NCBI GenBank assembly: GCA_050486185.1
Contig: JBJHCT010000003.1
Coordinates: 37,500-101,499, forward strand
Direction of reading: 5' to 3'
Source of the DNA: Candidatus Saccharimonadota bacterium
Lineage (GTDB): Bacteria > Patescibacteriota > Saccharimonadia > QS-5-54-17
DNA: 64,000 nt
A program made the translations under genes and the position numbers. Positions 38,768 to 49,329 of the stretch are shown piece by piece. Under the pieces are notes generated by a model. The model was not told the origin of the DNA. It worked only from the letters and a program-made list of their open reading frames with translations, and searched no databases. Numbering within the stretch: the first letter of the stretch is position 1; each line of letters starts with the position of its first letter.

Positions 38768-39460
38768 ATGAATAGCATCAAGGCACTAACGTATAGTCTG
38801 CAGAAATTTGGCGGCTTCGCTTCATTGATTATGGCCTCTACATTTATATTTGGAATGGTCATATTTTTTATGTTCTTGGATTCATCCAGTTTTATCGCTA
38901 CTAATTCTGACCCAGTAGAAAATGCGGCCTTTCTTGTAGATAACCATGCAATTGTAGCTTTGTGGTATTTGGTAATCTACATAGTATTCGGTATTTTTCT
39001 TGTCGCTTTAGTCATAGCTTTACACGAAAGACTAAAAGCAGCAGCCCCATCGTTAATGAAGATTGCAACGACTTTTGGGCTTATCTGGGCAGGACTGATG
39101 TTTGCTAGCGGTATGATAGCGAATGTAGGGACTTCAGCTGTTATTGATCTGTATGTACAAAATCCGGAACAAGCTGGTCTCTTGTGGCTCTCGATTAACT
39201 CGGTGATTATGGGACTAGGTGGCGGTAATGAAATTGTCGGTGGTCTATGGGTATTGCTAATCAGTCTAGTAGCATTGCAGATAACCGATAAACTACTACT
39301 GCCAAAAGGCCTGGTCTATTTAGGATTAATCGTCGGCGCAACTGGCGTTTTCCAGACACTTATTACAGAAATCGAAGTGTTGGATGCAATCTTTGGATTA
39401 GGATTAATCATCTGGTTTGTTTGGGTCGGGGTGCACCTACTTCGCAATCCGGGAAGCTAG
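38768..39460 (+). CDS. DUF4386-like membrane protein
   Basis: ALHERLK, FGLIWAGL..ASGM, GLGGGNEIVGGLW. Confidence 0.7.
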   Translation: MNSIKALTYSLQKFGGFASLIMASTFIFGMVIFFMFLDSSSFIATNSDPVENAAFLVDNHAIVALWYLVIYIVFGIFLVALVIALHERLKAAAPSLMKIATTFGLIWAGLMFASGMIANVGTSAVIDLYVQNPEQAGLLWLSINSVIMGLGGGNEIVGGLWVLLISLVALQITDKLLLPKGLVYLGLIVGATGVFQTLITEIEVLDAIFGLGLIIWFVWVGVHLLRNPGS

Positions 39461-39484
39461 TAGAGAATTAACTCAGCGTAGATA

Positions 39485-41296
39485 CTACCGCTTCTTTTGC
39501 CGCTTATTTTTCTCTAGCTCTCGTTTTCTCAAACGAAGTGACTCAGGCGTGATTTCTAGTAGTTCGTCATCTTCTAGGAAGTCGATAGCTTGCTCTAAAC
39601 TCAATATAGTTGCAGGTGTTAACTGTACGGTACCGTCACTACTTTTTGAGCGCATATTAGTAAGCTGTTTTTCCTTGGTTACGTTTATCTCAATATCCTC
39701 ATTGCGGGAGTTAAGACCGATTATCTGTCCACCATATACTTTAGCTCCAGGCTCTATGAACACGGTTCCTCTAGCCTCGGCGTTTTGTAGAGCGTAAGGT
39801 GTCGCTACGCCGTTTTCCCAAGCAATCATTACGCCGTTACGCTGCTGACCCAAGGTAGCCCCAAGGGGCTCATAGCCGCTCATCAGGCTGTTCATAGTGA
39901 TAGTGCCTTTGGTTTCGGTCATAAGGATTGTGCGCATACCTAAAAGAGTTCTGGTAGGCATCTGGTAGACCAGCTTGGTAATATTGCCATCCATCGGCAC
40001 CTGTTCGATTAACTGGGCTTTGCGTTTACCAAATTCCGATTGAATCGTACCGGTAAACTCATTTGGAACTTCAACCGTAATCTCCTCATAAGGCTCAAGT
40101 TTCTGGCCATTCTCTTCGATAACTACCACTTCTGGCCGACCGACCTCTAATTCAAAGCCTTCGCGCCGCATCGTCTCTATGAGAACACTTAAATGCAGTT
40201 CTCCTCGACCTTTTATAACGTAGCCTATACCTTCAGGCTCGACTTCTAAGCCTATATTGGTTTCCAGTTCCTTATTTAGGCGCTCACCGATTTGACGGGA
40301 GGTGGTTAAATCACCTTCCTTGCCTTTATAGGGGGAGGTATTCGGTCCTAGGTACATACTTAATGTGGGCGGTTCGAGCTTTATTTCCGGCAAAGCTTCC
40401 GGATTCTTCTTATCTGTAATAGTCTGGGATATCTTGATATCACCAAGACCAGTGACGGCTACTATTTCACCGGCCGAAGCAGAATCTACTTCGCGTCTAC
40501 CCAAGCCTTCATATATAAACAACTTGTCGATTTTGCCACTAGAGATGGTTTCAGCGCTAGTTATAGCTACAGCTTGGGATTTCTCAACCATGCCACGATG
40601 AACCCTACCGATAGCGTATTTACCAAGGTAGCTATCCCAGTCTAGCGCAGTGACCAGGATTTGCAGTCCGCCATCTTCCTCTACTTGAGGGGCGGGAACT
40701 TCAGATAGAATGGCGCTAAAGACCGGTTCAAGATCGGCGTCAGAATCAAGATTATCCGGAGGGGAGTTCCAGGCCTTGCCGATTCTACCAACTGCATAAA
40801 TGGTGATGTAATCGAGCTGATCTTCATTTGTAGCTAGTTCTAGAAAGAGATCAGATATAGCGTCCTCAACCTTTTGTAGGTTTGCATCGGATTTGTCGAT
40901 CTTATTTATAACTACAATCGGTTTAAGCCCGCTTTCGAAGGCTTTCTTCAGTACAAACTTGGTTTGTGGCATCGGGCCTTCTTGGGCATCTACTACTAAC
41001 AGACAGCCGTCTGCCATATTCAATGTTCTCTCAACTTCACCGCCAAAGTCCGCATGACCAGGGGTGTCTATGATGTTTATCTTATAGCCCTGGTATTTAA
41101 CGGCTGTAATCTTGGCAGTAATAGTGATTCCACGTTCTTTCTCTTGGTCACCGGAGTCCATGATCAACTCCTGCTCCATCTCACTCTGATGAGAGCTAAA
41201 GGTTTCGGTCTGTTTCAATAGGCCATCGATCAAGGTAGTTTTACCGTGATCTACGTGGGCGATAATTGCGATGTTGCGAATTTGGTCACTAGACAT
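39485..41296 (-). CDS. typA: Translational GTPase TypA/BipA
   Basis: IAHVDHGKTTL, DTPGHADFGGEVER, GRGELHL, KQLTNMR. Confidence 0.97.
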   Translation of the reverse strand: MSSDQIRNIAIIAHVDHGKTTLIDGLLKQTETFSSHQSEMEQELIMDSGDQEKERGITITAKITAVKYQGYKINIIDTPGHADFGGEVERTLNMADGCLLVVDAQEGPMPQTKFVLKKAFESGLKPIVVINKIDKSDANLQKVEDAISDLFLELATNEDQLDYITIYAVGRIGKAWNSPPDNLDSDADLEPVFSAILSEVPAPQVEEDGGLQILVTALDWDSYLGKYAIGRVHRGMVEKSQAVAITSAETISSGKIDKLFIYEGLGRREVDSASAGEIVAVTGLGDIKISQTITDKKNPEALPEIKLEPPTLSMYLGPNTSPYKGKEGDLTTSRQIGERLNKELETNIGLEVEPEGIGYVIKGRGELHLSVLIETMRREGFELEVGRPEVVVIEENGQKLEPYEEITVEVPNEFTGTIQSEFGKRKAQLIEQVPMDGNITKLVYQMPTRTLLGMRTILMTETKGTITMNSLMSGYEPLGATLGQQRNGVMIAWENGVATPYALQNAEARGTVFIEPGAKVYGGQIIGLNSRNEDIEINVTKEKQLTNMRSKSSDGTVQLTPATILSLEQAIDFLEDDELLEITPESLRLRKRELEKNKRQKKR

Positions 41297-41475
41297 ACTC
41301 AAGCGATTATACACTCTCACGAGGCTTGGTCTAGCTATTTTTTATCTAAGCCTATGGTCGGTCTAGACCTATACATTCTCAGTTAGAAGTAAATACTCGA
41401 CTCTTCATGGAGTAATATATCTGTCTCATACGACAAAAAGTAGTATTTATTTAAAAAATATGCTAAAATTGTCGT

Positions 41476-42459
41476 ATGAAATTAAATAAAAGCAATTCAT
41501 ATACACTAATCCATCTCCTTAATGGCGATTCTACGGTTGCGTCTATTGCTAAGCAGGCAGATGCCCCAGATGTGCGCTCAATTCAGCGGGCCATGCAACG
41601 ACTAACAGAGCTAGATCTTATCACCAAGAAGGGGGCTAACAACAACCCATCCTACGCATGTAACTTTACTAATATATTGCATGCAGAGATACCAGAGAAA
41701 ATATTTGATGAGGAGACGCGACCAATTTCACATTATAGGTTCAATCTAATTGATTGGTTAGATGCGCTCAATACTTCTGAACTTGAGAGTCTTTTTTCTA
41801 AAGACTTAAGTCTCATTGGAGAGAAAGAGAAGATGTCGGTTAAAGAGTTAGAGCATCTTACCATCGAACTGTCGTGGAAGTCCTCTGCACTTGAAGGTAA
41901 TACTTACACTCTTTTAGATACACAACTACTTCTCACAGAAGGCGTACGTGCTCCAAACCGAACCGAGTTCGAGACACAGATGATTCTTAATCACCGAGAT
42001 GCTATATCGTTCATTCTCAACCATGCTAACTTATTCAGTGGAGCACTTGAATTCAAGACTGTAGAAGAACTCCACCGAATTATTGGCAATAATCTCGGAA
42101 TAGGTAAGGGAGTTCGCAAAAAAATAGTGCGAATTACTGCCAGTAACTATGAGCCACTTGAGAATCCTCAGCAACTCCGCGAACAGGCAGATAAAATACT
42201 TGGAATAATTAATAAGTCAAAAACTCCTTACATACGAGCACTACTTGCCCTAGCATTCATACCATACTTGCAAATATTTGAGGATGGTAATAAGCGCACA
42301 GGCCGAATGCTTGCTAATGCTCTGCTAATTTCCTCTATTGGTCGTGGTTTCAGCTTACGAAAAGTTGATGCGCGTAAACTCGCAATCGCATACTTAAGCT
42401 TCTATGAATTTAGTAGTATGCAATCACTTGAGACTATCCTGCAAAATGAGCTAAGGTAA
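41476..42459 (+). CDS. Fic family protein with N-terminal wHTH and His-less motif
   Basis: SSALEGNT; YLQIFEDGNKRTGR. Confidence 0.85.
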   Translation: MKLNKSNSYTLIHLLNGDSTVASIAKQADAPDVRSIQRAMQRLTELDLITKKGANNNPSYACNFTNILHAEIPEKIFDEETRPISHYRFNLIDWLDALNTSELESLFSKDLSLIGEKEKMSVKELEHLTIELSWKSSALEGNTYTLLDTQLLLTEGVRAPNRTEFETQMILNHRDAISFILNHANLFSGALEFKTVEELHRIIGNNLGIGKGVRKKIVRITASNYEPLENPQQLREQADKILGIINKSKTPYIRALLALAFIPYLQIFEDGNKRTGRMLANALLISSIGRGFSLRKVDARKLAIAYLSFYEFSSMQSLETILQNELR

Positions 42460-42486
42460 TTTCTATCTTCGCTGCACATTGAAAGG

Positions 42487-43005
42487 CTATGTCTTTATAG
42501 GTGTAGTCTTAAGCAGAGACTTGGTTTTAAATAGTCTTAGCTGAACTAACGTAGAGTTATAGGCTAATACCTCAGGTTGACTACTGGGTATCAGTGATTG
42601 TATATAGTGGAAACTTTTCGCCATGAAATTGGATCTTTGGACAGATAAGTCAGCACCTAGAATAATCGATAAGATACCTGCTTCAACAAGCAGTAGTGAA
42701 TCGGCAAGTAGTATGTAGGAAATGTTGTATCCCATAAATGTAGACGACACAGTACTGGCTGCACCTATAACTATCATAAAGATACCACCTATGTAGAGTG
42801 TGGTCCTTGCTGTGTATGTCCGCAATTTCGGCATAAAGACGTAAGCTAGTAAGATCGCAACCAATGCGATACGGGCGCAGATAATAAGTGTGTCGAGATT
42901 AATTAGTAGGTGCACATAATGTGAGCTGCTAATTAAACCATAGAAACTAAATCCTAATAGCGCCATGCTAAATATCAGGGTTTCAAAAACATTGTTTTCT
43001 TTCAT
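42487..43005 (-). CDS. Hypothetical membrane protein
   Basis: About 4 TM segments. Confidence 0.6.
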   Translation of the reverse strand: MKENNVFETLIFSMALLGFSFYGLISSSHYVHLLINLDTLIICARIALVAILLAYVFMPKLRTYTARTTLYIGGIFMIVIGAASTVSSTFMGYNISYILLADSLLLVEAGILSIILGADLSVQRSNFMAKSFHYIQSLIPSSQPEVLAYNSTLVQLRLFKTKSLLKTTPIKT

Positions 43006-43156
43006 AATTTTAATTCCATCCTTTCTAGATTGATAGAGCGCACATTACTGCTACATAAAATGCAACTAATCAAAGGGTATACTTAATTAGAGCCTTGAAT
43101 TATTTATCAGGACGTAAAATCAGTAAATTACTATTTTTAAGCTATACTTTTTGTCT

Positions 43157-43303
43157 TTATGCTTTTTGTCTTTTAGCAAGCATGTTGTAGATGAATACAA
43201 CTAGAGCGGCAACAAGAAGGATGTGAATCATTCCTCCGCCTATGTCTATAGCAAAACCTAACGCCCATAATACTGCGAGAATAATCACAATTGTTATTAA
43301 CAT
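43157..43303 (-). CDS. lmo0937-family (DUF5670) small membrane protein, 48 aa
   Basis: Manual translation MLITIVIILAVLWALGFAIDIGGGMIHILLVAALVVFIYNMLAKRQKA; AGAAAGG RBS. Confidence 0.8.
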   Translation of the reverse strand: MLITIVIILAVLWALGFAIDIGGGMIHILLVAALVVFIYNMLAKRQKA

Positions 43304-43517
43304 ATTATAAAACCTTTCTTATTAATTACTACTGATCTTTTCCTAATAGCCCTCTTAAGGACCCCGCGTGATAATATCAGTGTACTTTTAATAATATCCC
43401 TAAACCCTGCAGGCGTCTGTGTCATAGGACACAGGATTAAAATAGCTTTAACACGAGAGGCCACAGGGTATTGCTTGCCCAACGTCACCTGCTTTGGTTA
43501 CAATAAAGCTTATATTT

Positions 43518-44876
43518 ATGGACAGAATTAAAAAAATACTTATAAATATCTTAGAGCCAATATTTGGGGTGTTTACTAAACTAAAGAAAACTTCAGGGCT
43601 ATGGCTAACGATCATTATCATAGCTATTCCGTCATTTGCCTGGGTAATCGGCTATGACTTTAGCGGTATGTCCGGTTTGGAGATAGCTGGCACTATCCTC
43701 AAAAGAGGAGCGGCATTTGCCGGTATGGCCATGTTTGCCTGGACGTTGATACTAAGCGGTAGGTACAAAATTTTAGATGGTCTATTTAACGGCCTAGATC
43801 AAACCTATATAGCTCACCGTTTCCTAGGTACCACTGTGATGGCGCTTTTAATCCTGCACCCCTTTGGCTACACACTGCTTCATATAGCAGCCCAAGGTGC
43901 TACAGGGTTAACCCAACATTTCCTAGGCTTTGAAAGTATAGCTTTGACTATGGGTAGATTGTCGCTATATGGCCTGATTTTGCTTGGTATTTGGTCAGTC
44001 TTTGCGAAAGTCAAACATGAAACCTTCATCAAGGTGCACTTGTGGCTAGGGGTATTGTTTGTAGCAGGAGCCGCACATGCGTTTATGTCAGGACCGGAAT
44101 CAGTGCTAGCTAATAACGCCTTTATGTTTTGGTATATGTTAATTTTATCAACTACTGCGACACTAACATTCTTGCACTACTCGATCTTTGGTGACTTCTT
44201 GCATCCATACTATAAATACAAGGTTGCGTCTGTAAATGTATTACCAGGTGATGTTGTCGATATAGAGCTTACACCGAAGTATAGGATAGTGAACTTTAAG
44301 CCAGGACAGTTCTTTTATGTAGCTTTTGATCAGATGGGGGAGGATAGGTACCATCCATACTCGGTAGCTTCGAGTAAGGATAGTTCTAAAATGCGCTTCT
44401 TGGTTAAAAAGCTAGGTGATTACACCAACCAGCTTGATGAGCTATCTGTTGGAACCGTTGCTAGATTAAAGGGTCCTTACGGAGGGTTTACCTTTGATGA
44501 TGATAAGCATGCCAAGCAGCTATGGCTAGCTGGAGGTATAGGTGTGACGCCTTTTTTGAGCAAGGCTCACAGTCTAAGGTTTTCTCAGCTTCATCCAGAG
44601 GTAAAGATGTTCCACTTTGCTAAAGATAAACAAGAGGCGATCGATAGGGAGGTGTTAAACATCATCCAAAAAGACCACAAGGCCTTTGACTATAAGTGTA
44701 TACCGGAGGATAAGTTTGGTATTGTTTCGCTCAAAGATATTTCCAAACAGCTAGGTTCATTGAAAGATTATGCTATCTATCTGTGTGGCCCTCCTGCTAT
44801 GCTCAAGGCTTATGATGAACAGGCTAAAGAGTTAAATATAGAAAAACAGCTACATTACGAAGAGTTTAGCTACTAA
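43518..44876 (+). CDS. Ferric reductase-like membrane protein with FAD/NAD-binding domain
   Basis: AHRFLG..LHP and VH..AH heme His pairs; FKPGQF, HPYS, GPYG, AGGIGVTPF, CGP, EEF. Confidence 0.9.
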   Translation: MDRIKKILINILEPIFGVFTKLKKTSGLWLTIIIIAIPSFAWVIGYDFSGMSGLEIAGTILKRGAAFAGMAMFAWTLILSGRYKILDGLFNGLDQTYIAHRFLGTTVMALLILHPFGYTLLHIAAQGATGLTQHFLGFESIALTMGRLSLYGLILLGIWSVFAKVKHETFIKVHLWLGVLFVAGAAHAFMSGPESVLANNAFMFWYMLILSTTATLTFLHYSIFGDFLHPYYKYKVASVNVLPGDVVDIELTPKYRIVNFKPGQFFYVAFDQMGEDRYHPYSVASSKDSSKMRFLVKKLGDYTNQLDELSVGTVARLKGPYGGFTFDDDKHAKQLWLAGGIGVTPFLSKAHSLRFSQLHPEVKMFHFAKDKQEAIDREVLNIIQKDHKAFDYKCIPEDKFGIVSLKDISKQLGSLKDYAIYLCGPPAMLKAYDEQAKELNIEKQLHYEEFSY

Positions 44877-44899
44877 CTCATTAAAAGAGAGAACTGCTT

Positions 44900-45796
44900 T
44901 TAAAACCCATCGATAATTAGCTTTTTCATCTGCATCATCTTGCCAAAAGCTCCAGGCTTCTCCATCAGCTCTTCGATATTTTCTGGCGTAATCTGCCAAC
45001 TAACGCCGTATTTATCCTTACACCAACCGCATTGTTCAAACTCTGGTTGGTGGGAGAGTTTTTCCCAGAAATAATCAATTTCTTCTTGATCCTTACACAT
45101 TACAGCCAGTGAAACCGCTTCATTGAAAGTAAAATCTTGTTCAACACCGCTGTCCATAACTACAAGCCACTGATCGTTCAAAGTAAAATCAGCAAACATC
45201 AATGAACCTGATTTAGCCGGCCCAGTGCTTTCGTTGTAGCGAGCAACTATCCCAGATTTTGAACCGCTAAAGATTGATTTATAGAACTCCATGGCTTCTT
45301 CGGCGCGGTTAGTGTTTGCTTGTGAAAACAGCAAGGAAGGGGTAATAAATGGACGAGGGTCGCCTTCTGGGTCGGTTAGAATCAGCTGCCAAGTTAAACC
45401 ATATCGATCCTTAACCCAGCCATATTTTTTACTAAAGGGGTATTCATCTATCGGCATTAACGCCTGGCCGCCATCTATGAGCTGGCTCCATAGTTTATCT
45501 AAATTTTCACTAGCCTGGTCGTCTTTTGAGGGGTCAAAATTAACCATGAATGATATAGATGGGTTGAACGAAAACTCTGGACCAGCATTTATAGCTGTAA
45601 ATCTCATATCCCCAAGCTGAAAGTCGATAGTTAATTCTTTGCCGGCCAAACCTAGTTGAAAATCGGCCAAACCCTCTTCAATACTATTTGGATAGTAGGA
45701 AGTAGATATAACTTTACTGTTAGGGAATATGGATGTATAGAAATCGACCGCCTTACTAGCACCATCGAACCATAAGTTTGGTATTATTTTCTGCAT
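44900..45796 (-). CDS. VOC/PhnB family protein (duplicated 3-dmu-9_3-mt domains)
   Basis: MQKIIPNLWF, FNPSISF, YGWVKDRYGLTWQ, CGWCKDKYGVSWQ. Confidence 0.88.
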   Translation of the reverse strand: MQKIIPNLWFDGASKAVDFYTSIFPNSKVISTSYYPNSIEEGLADFQLGLAGKELTIDFQLGDMRFTAINAGPEFSFNPSISFMVNFDPSKDDQASENLDKLWSQLIDGGQALMPIDEYPFSKKYGWVKDRYGLTWQLILTDPEGDPRPFITPSLLFSQANTNRAEEAMEFYKSIFSGSKSGIVARYNESTGPAKSGSLMFADFTLNDQWLVVMDSGVEQDFTFNEAVSLAVMCKDQEEIDYFWEKLSHQPEFEQCGWCKDKYGVSWQITPENIEELMEKPGAFGKMMQMKKLIIDGF

Positions 45797-45895
45797 TATA
45801 TAATCCTTTCTATAAATTATAGCAAAAATTACCGTAGCTATTTTGGTGGTATAATTTCTATAGTTTTAAAGCTGATAATAAAGGAAAAATTCGCT

Positions 45896-46177
45896 ATGGG
45901 AAAGAAAATAATTCGCATCTTAATAATAACCGCATTAATTTTGGCTGTGCCACTTATAGCTATGTGGTTTAGCAGTGAGGTTAACTGGAGCTTAGCAGAC
46001 TTTATTATTAGTGGCGCTTTGTTGATTATTACAGGAACTACCTATGAAGTGTTGATTAGTCGGTTTAATACCGCTAGACAAAGAGTTGTTATCGGTGCAG
46101 TTTTAGCTGTAATTTTGCTTATTATCTGGGTGGAGCTTGCGGTAGGAGTCTTTGGTACCCCATTTGCCGGTAGTTAG
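45896..46177 (+). CDS. Small membrane protein
   Basis: PLIAM..EVNWS..DF..WVELAVGVFGTPFAGS. Confidence 0.7.
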   Translation: MGKKIIRILIITALILAVPLIAMWFSSEVNWSLADFIISGALLIITGTTYEVLISRFNTARQRVVIGAVLAVILLIIWVELAVGVFGTPFAGS

Positions 46178-46279
46178 TTTTAAGCAAAAAAGCTGTTTAC
46201 TATTCAGTAGTAATTAATATTGCTCATGCTTTATGTTAGGATATAGTTACATATTTATTAACAACCAAAAGGAGTTAAT

Positions 46280-46846
46280 ATGTTATCTAAAATAATAGAC
46301 GAAACAACCAACGCAGTAGTTTCTGCCGTTAAGGGAGTAGACAATATTCTCAAAGCAGTGACAGATACTGTTAAAAATCAAGTAGTTAATGTACTCAGTA
46401 GCACGGGTGAAGTAGCCGAAGCCGGAGTAGAATCTATCGCTTCTGTAGCTAGTGGTGCTATCAAGGGTGCTGGTGAGGTGGGAGAATCAATCACTGATAC
46501 CGTAGCCGGTACTATGAGCGGCGTGGTTAACGGTGTTAACCAAGTAGGTGGCGATGTAGTAGGAGCTGTTTATGGAGCTGCTAAGGGAGTAGTCACAGCC
46601 ACAGCTGAAACCGGTGGTAGTATCGGTACAGCGGCCGTATCGGCCGTAGAAGGTGCTATTAAAGCTGCCGGTGATGTTGGAGCTGATGTAGCAGGAGCTG
46701 CTAAATCAGCAGTAGGCGGCGCATTAGATGCAGCTACTGAAGTAGGCGGTGATGCCGTCGGTACAGTCCGAGAGGCTCTATTATCTGCAGCAGCACTACC
46801 TAGAGATGTAATCGAATCTGCGCTCAAGGGATCAGACAAAGAGTAG
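46280..46846 (+). CDS. Ala/Gly/Val-rich protein with ~22-residue repeats
   Basis: Repeated GGD..GA...A..GA..AA.E/DV; AAGGAG RBS. Confidence 0.7.
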   Translation: MLSKIIDETTNAVVSAVKGVDNILKAVTDTVKNQVVNVLSSTGEVAEAGVESIASVASGAIKGAGEVGESITDTVAGTMSGVVNGVNQVGGDVVGAVYGAAKGVVTATAETGGSIGTAAVSAVEGAIKAAGDVGADVAGAAKSAVGGALDAATEVGGDAVGTVREALLSAAALPRDVIESALKGSDKE

Positions 46847-46869
46847 TTTCAAGAAGCAGAGTAGTTAGA

Positions 46870-47103
46870 CTAACAGCAACAGACACAGTCTGGTTGATGC
46901 TCAGAATCACTATCCTCATTTATGACCGCTTGATGCAAGCTGGCTAGAGCTACTTCACTGGGGTTATATGAGGATCTGATGTGATTGTTATTAATAATGC
47001 TTAATATAGTGATAGTTAGTATAGCCATAGCTATAGCAGTAAAAGTGACAGTTAGTATTGGTATTAGGCTAGCGGTTTTAGTTTGAGTTTGTGGTTTTTT
47101 CAT
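46870..47103 (-). CDS. Small membrane-anchored protein ending CVCCC
   Basis: N-terminal TM; downstream of sortase. Confidence 0.5.
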   Translation of the reverse strand: MKKPQTQTKTASLIPILTVTFTAIAMAILTITILSIINNNHIRSSYNPSEVALASLHQAVINEDSDSEHQPDCVCCC

Positions 47104-47172
47104 AGTCTTAAAGCCAGCATAAGAGGTGATTGTTTGGCAATATTGCTTTATTAGTATCGTTTCTTAATTAGT

Positions 47173-47850
47173 TTAGCTAACTAACTCGGCCGAAACTATA
47201 ACTCTCTCATCATAGCTACGAGACTCTTGATCGAATAAACCACCACAGGTAATTAAATTAACCTGGTGTGATACTTGTGGGTGTTGAGAGAATAATACAC
47301 TGGCTGCTTCACTCTCATGCATTGAAACTACTTCCATAACTCGATAGGTGAGTATGCGCCCATCACCCATCTCGATCTCAAATTCATCACCACTATTAAT
47401 ATATTCTAGGTGCATAAATATGCCATTCCTAGAAGTTGCCCCATCTACGTGGCCATCGATAATGCTTAAACCCATCTCACCAGGTCGCACACTATTTATG
47501 AACCAACCAGCTTTATGAACATTATCAGGTACGGCTATCTGTTGATTTTGATCAATACCAACGTTTTGAATATATCCACCACTATCGATACTGGGCAATC
47601 TAATATATTTAGGATCATCTGAAGACCCTTGCCACTGGTAGTTATCATCTGGCTCTTCTTCGCTAGGTTGATCGGTAGAGAAAGTTATCGGTTCAGTCGC
47701 TATCATCTCATCAACTTCGTTATCATGAGAAGCTATTTGGTTAGAAAACCAGATTGCAGAGAATGTAATAGTTATTAACAACAAAACAGATAGGGCTAGG
47801 ATTGCCTGCGTACCTGGTAGTCTATCTTTTCTAATTAAGGCTTTAATCAT
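47173..47850 (-). CDS. Class F sortase
   Basis: AGWF..PGEMG..IDGHVD, LITCGG.FD..YDER. Confidence 0.9.
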   Translation of the reverse strand: MIKALIRKDRLPGTQAILALSVLLLITITFSAIWFSNQIASHDNEVDEMIATEPITFSTDQPSEEEPDDNYQWQGSSDDPKYIRLPSIDSGGYIQNVGIDQNQQIAVPDNVHKAGWFINSVRPGEMGLSIIDGHVDGATSRNGIFMHLEYINSGDEFEIEMGDGRILTYRVMEVVSMHESEAASVLFSQHPQVSHQVNLITCGGLFDQESRSYDERVIVSAELVS

Positions 47851-47912
47851 ACTCCTAACATCATAGTCTAGATATTTGTTTTTTAAAAATGTAGTAACAT
47901 AAAGGGTAGTAT

Positions 47913-48902
47913 ATGTTAGAAAAAACTAAAAATTTTAATCCCTTCACCATCTTTATATTGGCAAATATAGTTATTGGTACCAATGTTGTGGCTTTCAAGA
48001 TAGCTACAGAAGGAGCGATGGATCCATTACTATTCTCGGCCCTACGCTTTGGTGGTGCCGGTATGTTACTCCTGGGATTTATATGGAGTGGTGTATTAAA
48101 GAACCCTTCCGTACTTTGGCGAGTGTTACTTAATGCCAGCTTTATAGTAATCTTTTTATTTCTTTGGTCGTATGGCTTAGATCAATCTACAGCCATTAAA
48201 GCCTCTTTCTTAAGCCTAACCACACCGTTAATGATCTATGTTATGTCAGTGCTATTTTTGCATGAAAAAGCTAATAAACTAGCTTTAGTAGGCTGCTTAA
48301 CCGGATTATTGGGCAGTCTAATGATTATCGGTTTGCCGGCACTGTTTACCGATAGATTAGTGGTTGGTGATGTAATGCTTTTAGTCTCTTATCTATTCGC
48401 AGCTATTACGATTGTACATACCAAACACATGTATAGATGGGTAGGGCCGGCTGAGATAGTTAGTTACCGCTTCTTTGTAGCCGGTTTTATCGCTTTGGCT
48501 TACTTATTAATAGCCCAAGGTTCGGGAGTTTTTACCGGTGTTAGCCTTCAGGGATGGGTGGCTACGATTTACGGTATATTGATTACGGGCCTATTGGGTA
48601 ATGTGGTCTTTTTCTGGGCTTTAAAGCGAATTAGAGCTGAAGATGCCTCACCAGGTTTTTATGCCGATCCTTTAACCGGTACAGTTGCTTCAGTGTTGAT
48701 ATTAGGAGATGTCTTAGAACCACTAGCAGCTATTGGTGTAGCTATAGTTATATTGGGCTTAATAATCTCACATCCTCACCATCACAATATAATGTACCGT
48801 CTCCATACCAAAGAGCATCACCTATTACGACGGATTAGAGTTTGGTTGGGTGGCATACTAAGATATCGTCACTTTAACCACCTGCATATCAACCAGCGTT
48901 AG
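47913..48902 (+). CDS. DMT/EamA family transporter with His-rich tail
   Basis: Two EamA halves, about 10 TM. Confidence 0.85.
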   Translation: MLEKTKNFNPFTIFILANIVIGTNVVAFKIATEGAMDPLLFSALRFGGAGMLLLGFIWSGVLKNPSVLWRVLLNASFIVIFLFLWSYGLDQSTAIKASFLSLTTPLMIYVMSVLFLHEKANKLALVGCLTGLLGSLMIIGLPALFTDRLVVGDVMLLVSYLFAAITIVHTKHMYRWVGPAEIVSYRFFVAGFIALAYLLIAQGSGVFTGVSLQGWVATIYGILITGLLGNVVFFWALKRIRAEDASPGFYADPLTGTVASVLILGDVLEPLAAIGVAIVILGLIISHPHHHNIMYRLHTKEHHLLRRIRVWLGGILRYRHFNHLHINQR

Positions 48903-48940
48903 AAGCTTACGAATATCTGATATAATCTCTCATATAGGTT

Positions 48941-49312
48941 ATGTTTAATAATAAAGATTCCAAAATTATCAAACTCAGAGGTGACATCGACACCTCAACT
49001 AAGCCTATACATATCCATATCAACTCTAGTACTGATGATTTATGGAAGGACTTTAGCTACTGGCTAGAAGCTATTAGCTTTTTAGCTCATGAAGTACAGA
49101 AAGAGCGTGGCTGGAGCAAGAAACAGGTAGAGGAGTGTGTAGCCGAATACCTAGATAGAGCTTTAGATGATGTTAGTGATGATGAGGATAGAAAAGATAA
49201 TGACAATAATGACAATATTGACTTAAAAGACGCTCAAACCAAAGCTCTGACTAAGACTAAACATAAAGATAAGAAAAATGATAATCAATCAACTAAGAAG
49301 ACGAGTTCTTAG
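48941..49312 (+). CDS. Hypothetical protein
   Basis: ORF with upstream -10 box. Confidence 0.55.
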   Translation: MFNNKDSKIIKLRGDIDTSTKPIHIHINSSTDDLWKDFSYWLEAISFLAHEVQKERGWSKKQVEECVAEYLDRALDDVSDDEDRKDNDNNDNIDLKDAQTKALTKTKHKDKKNDNQSTKKTSS

Positions 49313-49329
49313 AAGAAAGCAGGAAAGGT

